From Lophium mytilinum (Eukaryota), in contig MU004183.1 of assembly GCA_010093605.1 (NCBI GenBank), positions 1 through 64,000 on the forward strand: DNA of 64,000 nucleotides. Reading direction: 5' to 3'. Below, one piece after another: positions 49,139 through 61,542 of the stretch. Position numbers and translations under genes: made by a program. The notes under the pieces were generated by a model. The model searched no databases and was not told the DNA's origin. It worked only from the letters and a program-made list of their open reading frames with translations. Each line of letters begins with the position of its first letter. Position 1 is the first letter of the stretch.

Positions 49139-49714
49139 ATGGCTCACATCGGGTCATCTGCGGCAAGGCGCAAACACGTAATGGAACCGCCAGCGGACTA
49201 CTGCTTCATCTTGGGCCTACCTGACGAGCTTTTGACGCCAATCTTGGAACACACCTTAAGTAGCCCTCCACAGGGCTATGAGGACAAACAACAAGATCAT
49301 GTATTTGCAGGCTTCCCCTTTGGAGGCACTAGATACGACACTTCATGGCCATCGCACGCGTTGAAAGAACTTTCAAGCCAGCTACTAACATGCAGGCGTA
49401 TCCACCCAATCACAAAGGCCCTACTCTATCGCACCATCGCCCTGGACATCCTAGACTGATTCGAGCAACGTGATCTCAACTTGGTTGGGATACCTGAGCC
49501 ATCTACTTGCCTTGAGGCGCCTGCTTCTAGTACAGCGTGGTTCCTCCAATGCTCCTTTCGGGAGAAACCATCCCTTGCTTCCCTTTGCAGGACGGTTTGT
49601 ATGAGTCATCTAGACCGTCCACCACCGAGAGAGCACCCTGTTGCAATTGAGCTCTTGATTCAATTGACCAATGCAAAAAAACTGTATTTATTTCGCGCTT
49701 GTCGTGGTAGGTAA
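49139..49714 (+). pseudogene. Truncated F-box-like pseudogene
   Basis: FILGLPDELLTPILE...LLTCRRIHPITKALLYRTI, in-frame TGA at 49457-49459, then SFREKPSLASLCRTV. Ends early compared with the paralog at 50016-51122. Confidence 0.75.
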
Positions 49715-50015
49715 GCGAAGCTAAAGGACAGATATTTAGTCACGTGCTACATCAATTGATACATCAAGACTATTGGTATCCTGTGTCAGCTTGATCTATC
49801 TCGGGCATTATAATCGAGGTCTAAAATGAATTGTATCAGTCTGAAAAGCCAAGCTGCTGCTAAAGCCGCAATGATCACATGACCTTTCCAGCGTGCGGCC
49901 CAAAAATGGTAATCATCCCTCAAGACTCTGGGTCAAGTTGCAATAGCGCCAAGGCTATAAGTCTATCTACTGCTGACACGCAATTTTGCGTTTGAGCAGC
50001 CCAATGAGTTCCTGA

Positions 50016-51122
50016 TCATATACACCACTCCCAAGTCGCCGCCTCCCTGCTACTCCAAGTCGTGCCCTTCCACCCAGTCAGCGAGCGTCCACCTGTACTC
50101 TGTAGCATTGGAGGCAGAACAACATGCCCAGGTCCATCAGCCGTCGCGCGAGGAGCCACACGAAGCTTCTCGAGAACCGGAAACCAGCTGAAGTCTAAGT
50201 TCATCGCCTCAGCGTCTGGAAGATTGAACAAAACACAGAGGCTCCTCAAAGATGCGCGTTGCGGCTCGAGGATCCTCCGAAAGATTTCCATATCAACATG
50301 CGCTTGGGATTTTCTCCACACATGGACATCGTCGTGGCACTCGAAATGCTCGAGAGCTGTGGGCCAGGCGAGAAGATCGGCGTAGACAGCGAAATCTGCG
50401 TCATGCGACCCTGGCACTAGCTCTAGTGTGGTGATTGGAGAAGTGCCTCGCTTCTTTCGAAGTACCTGGCGATCGTCATCGCTTAGTGATGTGCTTCCTC
50501 GAGGGGCATTCGCTCGGCCGAATATTCTCAACGTACGAAGATGCGGGAGATCTGCTGAAAACAAGCCACTCAGATTGGGCGTGTGCAGCACAAGCTCGGA
50601 CACTGCGGACCTATTCAGTGATTCGCGCCACATCGCCTGCATCACCCATGTATCGGGCTTTGGTATCGTGTGGGCAATAAGAACAGCCTTTTTCGGGTTC
50701 GTAAGTTCGAGGAAGTTGATACAATCGCGAAGATCTCGTAGGTCTGGGGTAACTGGAAGATGGATTTCCACATGCTTGCAGAGTAGGGCAAGTTTTGGAT
50801 TGCCTCGTAAGGAGCGGTAGAAACACTCCATCGCTTTGCTCCGTGGGATGAGATAAAACTCGTTATACCCGAAGCAGATGACCTCATATAGCAATGGGTG
50901 TACAATCCTGCTAATGCGCTTGCAAACCAGTAGGAGGTTCAGCCATGCTTGGTATCGAGGGAAGAAGAAGTGGCTGCCCCGTCTCGGAGTGCTTAAGATG
51001 AGGATCTCTTCGAGGAGTTCGTCGGGAAGGCGTAGTATGAAGTCTACTCCCTCCGGGATACTGCGTATCTTACTTTTACTCCACTTCGCCATTGCGGCGT
51101 AGTATCGCTTCGATTTTCCCAT
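50016..51122 (-). CDS. F-box-like protein with LRR/RNI-like C-terminus, 368 aa
   Basis: FILRLPDELLEEIL...LLLVCKRISRIVHPLLYEVI, RSLRGNPKLALLCKHV, and leucine-rich repeats (LPHLRTLRI, ITTLEL, ALEHF, SLRSL, FPVLEKLRV). Confidence 0.8.
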   Translation of the reverse strand: MGKSKRYYAAMAKWSKSKIRSIPEGVDFILRLPDELLEEILILSTPRRGSHFFFPRYQAWLNLLLVCKRISRIVHPLLYEVICFGYNEFYLIPRSKAMECFYRSLRGNPKLALLCKHVEIHLPVTPDLRDLRDCINFLELTNPKKAVLIAHTIPKPDTWVMQAMWRESLNRSAVSELVLHTPNLSGLFSADLPHLRTLRIFGRANAPRGSTSLSDDDRQVLRKKRGTSPITTLELVPGSHDADFAVYADLLAWPTALEHFECHDDVHVWRKSQAHVDMEIFRRILEPQRASLRSLCVLFNLPDAEAMNLDFSWFPVLEKLRVAPRATADGPGHVVLPPMLQSTGGRSLTGWKGTTWSSREAATWEWCI

Positions 51123-51914
51123 TGCGTGCTGGAGCTGCAGTCAAGCCGATGCCTAAACAAACGCGGAATGAAGACTTGCCCGATCGCGTGATCTCTAACT
51201 TTTCCATATAAGACTTGGGCCTCGGGTGTTCGTTCACATTCATGCCTTAGGAAACAGGAAAGTCTTGGAGAAGATAGAGAGGGGACGTTGCAAAAAGGTT
51301 GGCGATCATCCATGGCATCTCAGACCCACCAGCGCCGGTCAGCTATTTATATCTAAGCGAGGCCAAGGAAGCATGGATAGTGACCTCCACCCATGCTCCT
51401 TATTGATACCTTGAATGTTACATTACTGGACACACAACTCCATATCTCACGTTGTAGAACAGTTTATTGTCCGTCCTTGCGGTGCTCGCGAAGTTCGATC
51501 ACATACCCTACTATGTTCAGTGATTCAGGGATTATTCTAATCTTTCTTCTCACTGGCACAAGATTACCGGGATTTTATAGGACTCTTGTTTGTTTTAACA
51601 ATTAATGCAAATACGTCGGCCTAGTTTTGCGCCATACGTATCCTTGCGCCTGACTTAGACCTCCAATATTCGTTCAAGACATATAAAATCGTGCGCCAAA
51701 ACATGAGAAGCATGGACAAGCAAAAAGAATAAAGAGTTGGCTTTACACCTTGAAAGAGTGCAAGATAAGAAAGGAAAGAAAAGGAGACAAGCAGTCTGGT
51801 CCCATCGATAGAACAGATGCTGCTGCGCTTCCCAGGAAATGTTGCGTCTCGGATGTATCAATATCAATGCACCAACCGCCCCGCGATTCTGCCCATTCAG
51901 AGTTTCAGTAGCAA

Positions 51915-53264
51915 CTACAGCTCCTCCTCGTCAGATTCATCGCCAGTGTCTTCTGACTGGGAGTCCTCCTCGGCCTCATCGTCTCTGTCCTCAGACTCAA
52001 GATAGCTCATCCCTTCCCAGGCGCCGTCCGCCCTCAAAGTGCCCACGGTAGGGAAGATGGCCATCAAATCGTAAATATTGAGAAATTTCCTCAAGGAGTC
52101 GCACTGCTCGCATTCTGGACCCTTCTTTGTGCAATCCACGGTAGAATGAGAGCATCCAGGGTAGAAGAAGGCCCTGCAAGGCTCACCTTCCGAAATGAAC
52201 TCTGCCCACTCATCTTGAGTAGCTCGCAGGATGAGGTCTCTCTTGGGGGTGCGACCGGGACCTTCACTCAGAAACCGCCATTTTTTAGATACAACGGCAA
52301 CGATCTCCTTGTAGGACATCGCTCCATAGCCTGCCTCCACACCCTCCCAATCAAAGTCGGCCAATTGATAGTCGTAGGGGACGCCATTTTCGTCGGTGTG
52401 TCTGTCGTCTTCGTCAAGAAGAGCGATGAGCTCATGCACCTCGTCAGTGCCCCAGCTTGGATCAATAAGGTTTGCAAGGCCTCGCCCGCGTGCATGTATC
52501 TCGGCCTTGAGACCGTTCACAGTTTTGTCGTTGTCCCACTTCATGAGAGCGTGAACCATAGCTCTCTTGGGTGGCTTTGGGTCGTTGAAAAGATGCGAGA
52601 TGCCCCGCTTTTGGAGCTCCGCTTTTAGCATGGTCGTATCCTTCTTTTGCATCCAGGAATTCTCTCCTTTTGGGCCCCCATTCCATGAAGGTAGAGCAAC
52701 GTTCCACTTCTTACGATTCTTGGTATGTTCGTAAGTCTTGGGAAGCTCTTGATTTTGTGAGGGTTTTCCACGGCGGGGTTTGTTCGATTGAATGGAAGAC
52801 TGGGAGGCTTGTGGGTTGTTGGCAGGAGCCTGTTTGCGGCTCTTAGGGACGGCAATCTTGCGCTGGGGTGCGTGGATCTCATATGCACCCTTCTCGAAGG
52901 CCTGCTCTAAGGTATCCATGAAGTCTTCTTCGTTGTTGGTTGAGTCTTCTTCTTCGTCGTCGTCGTCGTCGTCGTTGCTTTGGTTTTTGTTCGTACCAGC
53001 CCATGTACTAAGCATCGATCTCGGCTTCTTGGTAGGCCGATTCGCATCGATGGCCTGGAGTGGGATACGTCCATCCTCAGTGTCATCATATGGACGCTTC
53101 GTCCGCCTTGAGGGACTGATCGGCGCAGCGAATGGTTCCGGAGAGCGAGACTTTGATCGTTCCGTCCTCCTGCCCGTGTAGACTTTCACTTTCATCATGC
53201 GAGGGTGGCCAAGAGCATTTCGCTTATAAGCACCAAACGCTCGTTGTCCGATAACAATAGCCAT
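51915..53264 (-). CDS. Putative nuclear protein with three SAP/HeH-like helical repeats and acidic tracts, ~449 aa
   Basis: Probable ATG at 53264 (MAIVIG). Repeats TTMLKAELQKRGI..KRAMVHALMKWD, TVNGLKAEIHARG..ELIALLDEDD and YGAMSYKEIVAVV..KRDLILRATQDE. D-box-like RIPLQAIDAN; Cys cluster near the C-terminus. Confidence 0.7.
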   Translation of the reverse strand: MAIVIGQRAFGAYKRNALGHPRMMKVKVYTGRRTERSKSRSPEPFAAPISPSRRTKRPYDDTEDGRIPLQAIDANRPTKKPRSMLSTWAGTNKNQSNDDDDDDEEEDSTNNEEDFMDTLEQAFEKGAYEIHAPQRKIAVPKSRKQAPANNPQASQSSIQSNKPRRGKPSQNQELPKTYEHTKNRKKWNVALPSWNGGPKGENSWMQKKDTTMLKAELQKRGISHLFNDPKPPKRAMVHALMKWDNDKTVNGLKAEIHARGRGLANLIDPSWGTDEVHELIALLDEDDRHTDENGVPYDYQLADFDWEGVEAGYGAMSYKEIVAVVSKKWRFLSEGPGRTPKRDLILRATQDEWAEFISEGEPCRAFFYPGCSHSTVDCTKKGPECEQCDSLRKFLNIYDLMAIFPTVGTLRADGAWEGMSYLESEDRDDEAEEDSQSEDTGDESDEEEL

Positions 53265-53904
53265 GTCTGCACAGTAGAGTATCACGTGGAAGATTGGTGA
53301 AAGGTCTGGATAGAAGCAGAAGACTTGGCGAGATGGAGACTGACGAGTTGCTAGGGTGTGGTTGCTGGCGTGTGGTGGTTGCCAGAGAAAGCTGAAGGGG
53401 AAATGAAATTGGTTGCTGGGAAGGGGGTTTAAATGCGGACTGCGAAGCAATTTTGGCATCCAGATCACGTCGCTCGCCTGTCTTCGCGCCTCCGCGCCTT
53501 TCACTCCGCACGGACCTTTCTCAGGGATCAGGGCGGTTTGCGGCTGTCCATGGAGGTTCCGCGCCTTTCGAGCCTCTTTCTACTAGATTTTTCCGGGCAC
53601 TCGCCCGCTTTCCAACCAATCAGAGGGCGATGAAAGCGTCGCGGTCGTCGCCTCGTCCTTTTGTTGACCGCTTCGATTTGGCGCCCGGTAAGGCGAGCCA
53701 GGAGGTTCCCGAAGCGATCACTGAATTCACTAATTAGGCACCACGAGCGCACTATTTCCCGCGCGTAAACTCTGTCAACCTCTCCTACACCACACCGACG
53801 CTCACGACACAGCACACATCACACTATCTAGGGCTTTCGCAACTGCACATTGCCACTCTAACTCTATATATCTCATCGACTTCTGAGATAGTTTCCCAAA
53901 CAAC

Positions 53905-56038
53905 ATGCCATTGCAAGCCTCCCGTCACGCTGCTCTCCGCGACATCGTCAACCCCAAAACTACGACCCAGAGTGTCAGCAAGAACAACACTCGGAAAGGC
54001 GTCGCGAGGAAGATCCAGAAGAAGCGCCCTGTGGGTACGTAATACTAGTGCTGTACTATCTCTCGTTCATACTAACCGCATCATCTTAATAGACGACAGC
54101 GACTATGATCTCGATCCACAGACCCTCCCTTCTCGTCCCATGTCACGGGCGCAGTACGAAGAGCTTTCCTTGCCAAAGCTCGAACTCTTGTGCAAACGCG
54201 ACGAGGTTGATTTCTCTCGGCGCTGCCTTTTCACGGCGAAGCAAATCGTGGAGCTTCTTATCACATTAGATCAACGCGGCCTCGTGAGCGATAGGTCTTA
54301 CATGGACTCTGATGAGGACATCAGCGACGATGATATACCAACTCCGTCCAAGTCCACGGGCCTGCCCCAACACATTTTGGAAGCGCCTACAATGCCCGAT
54401 TCGGTGAAAGGAAACGAGAAGAAGCGAAAATGGGCTCCTGTACCAGATGAAGAAGATGAAGACCGCGTATTCAAGGGGCCTCGTCAGGGCGAGCAAGCTG
54501 TGGCGCCTCGTGCTCGATCTCGTCTTGTGCACGCTGTTACTCGTCCCGCCAGCATTCACTGCTCCAACCGCTACATCGAAAATAACCCCCCGGGCCCTCT
54601 GGATGCTTCCCCGTCCACAGCAGCACCAGGCCCGAAGCCATATCTTGCGTTGAGTTCATACGAGCTGGAGCGCGCGTTTAGGCAAAGAGCAATTCGCATC
54701 AACACCACTGAGGAGTTTTGGCTTTGTCTAATGGGTTTTATGGATGAGATACGCCCTGTCAACGGCGAGACCGACTCAAGAAATGTGCGTCGCATCCAAC
54801 GTCTCAAGGATGACTTCTTGGAGAGAGTGACACGGGCACGCTGCAAGGTGTTGATGGCACTACATAACAAGGATAAGGAGGACAAAAACTTTGAAGATGC
54901 CGAGTACGACGCTGTGAGTATATTACCCGTGAATATGCAGAGCATGGAACTGGATGCTGATACCCAAGTTTGGATGGTCAATGCCGCCAGACAGCTAGCG
55001 GAGCTAGTCACCATGAGCTTCGCATTAGGGGTAATCCCCATGATAGCACCCCGTCCTGAGACGAGGTTCAAAGACTCACCTCTTCCAAAGCCATCGCGTT
55101 TGGAAAGCGACCCCCTCGTCCAGCAATGGAAGCGGCAAGACCATGCTACCAAAGAAACGATTCAAAAGGAAAAGCTTCGCCAAGGGCAGCTGGTGAACTA
55201 TGGGCTCAAGAGAGAGCACTTTGAGGCACAGAAGAAAAGAGAACAGCCTAGAATTAAGAAGGAGGACGAATGCGAGACAAAAATGCAGCTGCAAGAGGAG
55301 CTTGAGCGGTCAAACCAGACAAAAACAGCGGAAGAACTGAATCGCGCTGAAGAGTTGAAGCGAGCGGTAAAGCTTGAACGGGACGAAGAAACAAAACGGG
55401 TAGAAGAGCTGGAGCGCGCAGAAAAAGTAAAGCTCCAGCAAGAGTCAGAGGCACAAGCGGCAGTTGATGTTATCACTGCAGATATTGCTACCACATCGCT
55501 AGCCCCTGGGGAGAAGGTTAAGCGGCAGCTAGCACAAGGGAAGTTGAAGGCGGAGAAGTTACGACTTCGCCTAGAAGAAGAGAAACATGTTACGGAGGAT
55601 AACATCAAGAAGGAAGAGGTAATTATAATTCATTCATACCATTGAAGAAGGCTAAAACGCTAATTGTACATCTAGATATGAATGGCTACTTCATGTCTCG
55701 TCAAAGAGGACGATGCGACGCAGCAAAGGTGTTGGGATATGAACAAGGACCTGGAGCCAGGATCTAAAGGCCACAAGACCTACCCCCTCAGTGGTAGCAG
55801 ATACTCTCCTGAGCGCGAAGAGCAACCTAGAAGGCTCGAAAAGCTTAGCAAGGCCGACCCACCGAGACGCGCTCCAGAATCAGACTCAAAGCACGGCCAT
55901 CGACCTCTTGCTGCTTCTCTAAACCCGCCGACTAAGCGCAAGCGAGTGGAATATGCGCCAAAGATGCCTACAGATGACTCACCACGCAAAAGGCCAGTGC
56001 GTGGGGTTTGTCGCGGAGGAGTTTTTGGCATCCGCTGA
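53905..56038 (+). CDS. SAP/HeH-like + conserved helical domain + coiled-coil protein (family member 1)
   Basis: Exons 53905-54034, 54093-55618 and 55676-. Contains YEELSLPKLELLCKRDEV..AKQIVELLITLD. Exon 3 opens ATA TGA, so the protein either ends at 55681 (~553 aa) or a nonsense codon interrupts a frame open to 56038. Confidence 0.75.
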
Positions 56039-56774
56039 AAGATGTAGCCGGGTCTACATCGTCTTCCTATTGTACAGTTTTAAATATCAGCTCTACCTCC
56101 AATATACACATTGCAATCATATTCGCAAGTTCTGCTGTACCTTTTCATGCAAAATGACGTGATATGACCAATGACAAATGCTGAATACATGATTATAGTC
56201 GAGAAACGTCGGTGATTATGTGCAGTAAAGCGCTCACCCGTCCTCTTCATTCCAAAACCGTATAATGTCTTCATAAAAACTTCCCTGCGCTGGCTTGCAT
56301 TAACCTCTCGTGTAATACTAAGCAGGTTTCTTCCTATGCAGTAATAGCGGCCGAACGCAAGAGCGGTAAGGATTCCTTGAACAAGATATGAACATTTTCA
56401 AGAGTAATCCACCTACTCTGAGCAATACGCCTCTGCTGCAGATTACTGAGGAATCGTCTAACGCGGTCTGTAGGATGGGCTTCTTCACTACTTCGACACT
56501 AGCGCAAGAGTTGACAGCGTAGTGCACCTAAGAGAGGTTGCATTTGAATCTTCCCACGCTCGCCAATGTGTTCTGTTTTCTCACTTTGATGGCCGACGGT
56601 AAACCATTCGAGCAAACTCCGTATCGATTTCAGACAACCTATTTAAGTCTTTCAGGTTTTCAGCTTTTTATTCCACTAGCCGACATCTTTTGCTAAAAAC
56701 ACCACAACTCCACATCGTCCTGAGTACACCATCGAGCTGCCGTTTAGCCCCCTCAGACACAGAGCACCGCAACC

Positions 56775-57592
56775 ATGTCTTCCTCGCGTAACTCAATAAG
56801 CAATGACAGCCAGGGCCCTTTGGATACTCCTACAAACGAAGATAGACCCAGGCCGTTCCATGAGCTGGGGCTGTACGACCTCCAACGAGAGTTCATGAAG
56901 AAAACAAGAGACATCGTCCACAACAGTGCTGAGTTCTGGCAGTGTCTCGTAGACTTCATCTACGAGCTGCGCCCAGTAGAAGGCGAGACTCCACCCGACG
57001 GGGTAAGAAAAATCCAGGCTATGAAGCTCAAATTCCTGCACAAGATAATAGAGGTACGCTACAAGGGGTTAATAGCTATCACCGCCGATGATGAAGAAGA
57101 TGCATCTAACCTAGTAAGTTTAAAGCATGTCAGTATATAGAGCCGTACGCTGATGCGCTCATTTAGAACGAAATTGCTACGTCAATACTGGCAACCTCAC
57201 ACCCGAAGCAAGACTTTGTAGATACCAACGCGGCCACTCTTCAAGCAGCCTAGGACCGTTCTCGGGTTGGATCTAGTGACCAGGCTGAGCCCAGCAGAGC
57301 GAGAGAACCCAAGCAGAACTTCCTGGCAGCGCAGTAGGTCAAGCAGGATCAAGATACACTTGCAAAGGAAAGGCACTTGCGGGAGTCGCTTTTAAATAAC
57401 AGGCTGTAGGATGAAGAACTCGAGAAGCAGATACAGTTTCATAGACAGAAGTGCGCAAGAGAAGAAAAAGTTCGCAAGCAGGAAAAGAGAGCTTTGAAGC
57501 AGCGAAAAGAAGAGGAGAAACTTCGAGCGGAAAAGGCGCGCAGAGCGAAAGAAGAGCGCCGATCCCCGGGCGTGCGGAAACCGTAGAAATAA
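56775..57592 (+). pseudogene. Family member 2, pseudogene with three internal in-frame TAG stops
   Basis: Exon 56775-57113 PRPFHELGLYDLQREF..EFWQCLVDFIYELRPVEGET aligns with member 1 PKPYLALSSYELERAF..EFWLCLMGFMDEIRPVNGET. Intron 57114-57166. TAG at 57251, 57335 and 57407. Confidence 0.8.
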
Positions 57593-58890
57593 AAGAAGGA
57601 ACAAAGACACCCGAGAGCCCACTGCGTCCAATGTGCCAAGTTGTAGGGAGAGACAAGGCTCTGGAGTCGGGGAAGAGGACGTCTTTGGGATCTGATGAAT
57701 AAAGCGTCGTATAACGCGATAAACGGCTTCTATGGTAGAAGATAATTAGCCTCGACTTTAGCGCATTCTACCATGATGTTTAGGCTTCTTCCAATGAAGT
57801 TTCTTACGGTCTGATGAACGTCGGCTTGTTTTACCATATACTAGAAAGGCGCAGGTTTGAGTTTCTTGCGTTGCTGAAGAAAACCGACCGTTTTAGCAAG
57901 CAAATCGTGACTAAATCATCATATTCCAGGCAGACACGGATAGTAAGGTAGTAATCACTCAGATTGCTACTTGTTTGATATCTCGGAAAAAACGGCAGGT
58001 CTTGCGAGCGGGGAAGGGGGACACTTGTAAGGCTCGGAGACAGAGAGCAAACGTGACATCAAAATCGATTAAGCGGTTTCTATATAAGACCTCCTACCCC
58101 TCTATAACGTGCTTCATACGATATATATTTATCTTTCATATTGCTTTAGCCTTTCTTCGTAGTTCGTCACACCCTTTACAGCATACTACCAGTCTCGAGG
58201 TTGTATTAGAACATTGTGGCTAAAATGGAAGGACAAAACCTCATAAAGCCTCCACCTTGTTAGTTTAGAAAGCAGCGACGAGGCTATTTGCGCATGGAAG
58301 GGCGGTCCTTTGACGTCGGCTTGCCGGAGGGCTAGCGCCGTGCTTCCATTGTAAACAATATAATCTTTACATTGTGCAGCACTAGTCTGTCTATCTATAG
58401 CTATTTACTCCAATCGTTCTGCTGTGCGTGGTCACGTGTTGTGCCTCTCCGGTGGGCCTGGCATCCGCATGCCAGCTGAAACCAGGGGTGGAGGAAGGCC
58501 TTTGACGAAGCGTTCGGGTGACACGTGACCTAAGCGAGATCGTGCGTGTTCCGAACGTCCTTGGGTAAGCGACACACTGGCACAGTGGAACTGATGTTGC
58601 TTGAGGAGCCGCCATGGTGCGTTGTTCAAGGAGGCTCGATTCACTATTGAGTCGGCATAGGCACCAGGAGCGACCAGGTGTCGCGGCTCGAGCCGGCGCA
58701 CATTCACCACTGCAACGTGTCTAGCGCACTACTTAATCGTCGCCTTCCACCTCCGAAGCCCTCTTCTTTCTCTCACCAACGTCCCCAGCTGTCACACCCC
58801 CACCAACACCAAACTCCTGCAACCATTGCTCCTTCACATAGCAATCCAGCTTCTCTCATCAAACCATCTCTTCCTCCTCAGTCAGCTACC

Positions 58891-61542
58891 ATGCCTTCCT
58901 TTTCTAAGCTCGGTTCGGACAAGGAGAATAACGTCGCGACCAAGGGTGGGGTGCATAGAGTAAGTCCTCTGTTCCTATGCCTGCTCCCTACAGTCTGCTC
59001 CCCGCTCCCATCTAGCCTTCTCGTGCCTACTGATATCTGGTCGTGACTTGTCCCACCTTATCTAATCATTATCTAGACCCAGCATCCAGAGCAGTCTCGC
59101 ACCGCCCTCGGTGAAGACACCAATACTCGACTCCCCGTCCCCAAGAAGGGCACCGCCCAGACCACCTCCGCCCCTCGCAGGGGTGTCGCTATCAAGAAGA
59201 AGCGCACTCTTCCTGACCGTCCTTGCGACCGAGAAGTCTATAACGACCTCACAGAGGACGAGCTCTGGCGCCTGTGTGAACGGGATGAAGTAGAGATCGA
59301 TGAGACGAAGATCAGGACGAAGAGGCAGATCGTCGAGTGTCTCGTGAACCTCGACAACAAGGCAATGCTCAGAGACTCCGACCTCGAAGAGACCAAAGAG
59401 GAGGTTCATTCACCTCCACCACCTAAAAAATCTGGACGGGAGCTGCGTGCTCGCAGCCCACCCACCCAGTCCGCCAAGATTGAGCCAAAGACCACGAAGC
59501 GCAAGCGTGACGACCAAGACGACGACTCCAATCCTGTCATGGCTAAAGCTCCTCGCCAACGGAAGGCCACAGCGTCTCGTCCTCGAGTCGCTGCCACTTC
59601 CACCATGACCTCCGCTACCCCCACTGTAGCTCCCTCCATCACCTCCACCATCCCCAATAGCCAGCCTTACAACAAGATGTCCCTCAAAGACATAAAGGAT
59701 GTGGTCATGACGACCGTCGTGGAGAAGGACCATGACACAAAGCTTTGGCATGCTCTCCTGGCCTATGCTTACGAGATCATGTTGGAAGAGGGCGAGGTGA
59801 ACCCGCTCGACTCGCGCGAGGTTGAGGTACCCCTCTCCAAATTGATTGAAAAGATCCTTGAGCATTGCGCTCCTCGCAGAGAAGCAGACGGAGGTTTGAC
59901 CTTCTTGCGATCGCTCATGAAGCGCTACGACGAGCTCGTGGTAGTAGAGAAGAAGTCAGCAGATGAACAGAGAGTTGGCGAGGGGCGCGAGCGTGAACAG
60001 AAGACTAAGTTCGAGAAAGCTGCCAGACTCCAAGAAGAGGCTGAACGTCTTCGGAAGCAACAGCGCCGCAAAGAAAAGACGACGCGCAAGGCCGAGCAAG
60101 AGAAGAAGCGAGAGGAACAGCAGCAGCGAGAGGAGGATGACACTCGCAAGCTGGCGAAGCGAGAGACCAAGATCGAGGCCCAGAAGCGAGCCGAAGTCAA
60201 CACAGACATCTTGGCGAAGACATCTTCCTCTTCTTCAAGTTACGTCCCCTCTGCGCCTGCTCCCCATAAGCTCACTCCCTTGGAAAAAGAGCTGGTCGAC
60301 CTCCGCCAGCCCAGCATCTACACCAACAAGCCACCTCCTCACTCCGACGTCACTCGTGGCATCATCAGGATCCAGAAGTGGGAAATGCTGTGGTCACGCC
60401 CTAGCCGAATTTCAAGGCGAGGAAATATCCGCAGTATGGAACCAGAGTACAACATCCCGCACTACTTGATCCCCCCGTACGTCCGAGTCGGTCATGTCAT
60501 CCGGAAGCGTGTCGCTGTCCAGCGTGAAGCGAAAGACATATTCGCTTACCGCAAGGCGAAGGCCCTTACGGACGTCTCCACGGAGGAGTGGCGTGAGCGT
60601 GGAAAGATCTATAAGAAAGGAAAGAAAGCATTGGAGACTTGGAAGGAGTCGAAGATACCCTCCCATACGAGAGCCAAGAAGAACTTCGTGCACGCGGTCA
60701 GGCAACAACTGATCTCGTTGAAGGGGGCCGAAGAAGATATGACCCAGGATGATGTAAGTGTCGCAACTAATGATCTTGTATCAAAGGCTGACAAGTATGC
60801 ACAGGTTCTCGTGGCCGCTTCCAAGTCTGTCGAGAAAAAAGAGACGATCACTGACTCACCAAAGAAGGAGAACGCCTCTTCTTCCGAGCAACAGGTAATA
60901 CCACTCCGTATCGTTGACGTGATACACAGTGCTGATACATCTTTACAGAAGCGAGAGCCTGGGCGTAAGATCATCGTCGAAGATGGCGGTACGCAAGCAT
61001 GGCGCCGCGAACTCAACCGGCACCTCCGCGAGGACAGCGAGGGCCTACGTAAAGGGGGCCTCGCCGCGAGCCGGCACTCTTCTCCGTCGAACGACTCGTC
61101 ATCCAACGAATCAATCGATACCTTCACTGCCCGCGTAAACCCAAGAACCGGGCTTCTCGACACCTCCGGGAAGGCCGCACTTCCTAAGTCCTCGGTACCG
61201 CTGGATGCGCTCGCGGCTATAAAGCCGGTATACAGGAAGCGCGCCCGTGACGAAGATGGCCAGGATGAACAAAGGCCGCACACGAAGAGGTCTCGCCTGG
61301 ACCGCGAGCCGGCAGTACCAAAGCCCACCTCACGCGCTGCTCCAAAGACTACTTCAAGGGCCACCCAGCAATCATTTGCACCATCGGCCAGTCGCTCCAA
61401 GAAGTGGGGCTACGAAGAGCATGACCAGCCGCCGCGTGCTTACGGCCGGCAGGGGAGGGCTCAGCATGGACCTGCCCCCAAGCAGAGGAGGCATTATGAT
61501 GATGATGTCAGGGAACGTGACTACGGGTCGCGCTGGAGATGA
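58891..61542 (+). CDS. SAP/HeH-like + helical domain + coiled-coil protein (family member 3), ~844 aa
   Basis: Exons 58891-58959 and 59077-61542 join in frame. LPDRPCDREVYNDLTEDELWRLCERDEV..TKRQIVECLVNLD matches member 1. KEN box DKENN, D-box RTALGEDTN, basic NLS-like patches. Confidence 0.85.

Noticed and set aside
53600..53780. CCAAT, CGCG and GTAAAC motifs in the divergent promoter as cell-cycle elements
   Set aside because: Short motifs expected by chance; no conservation data available to support them.
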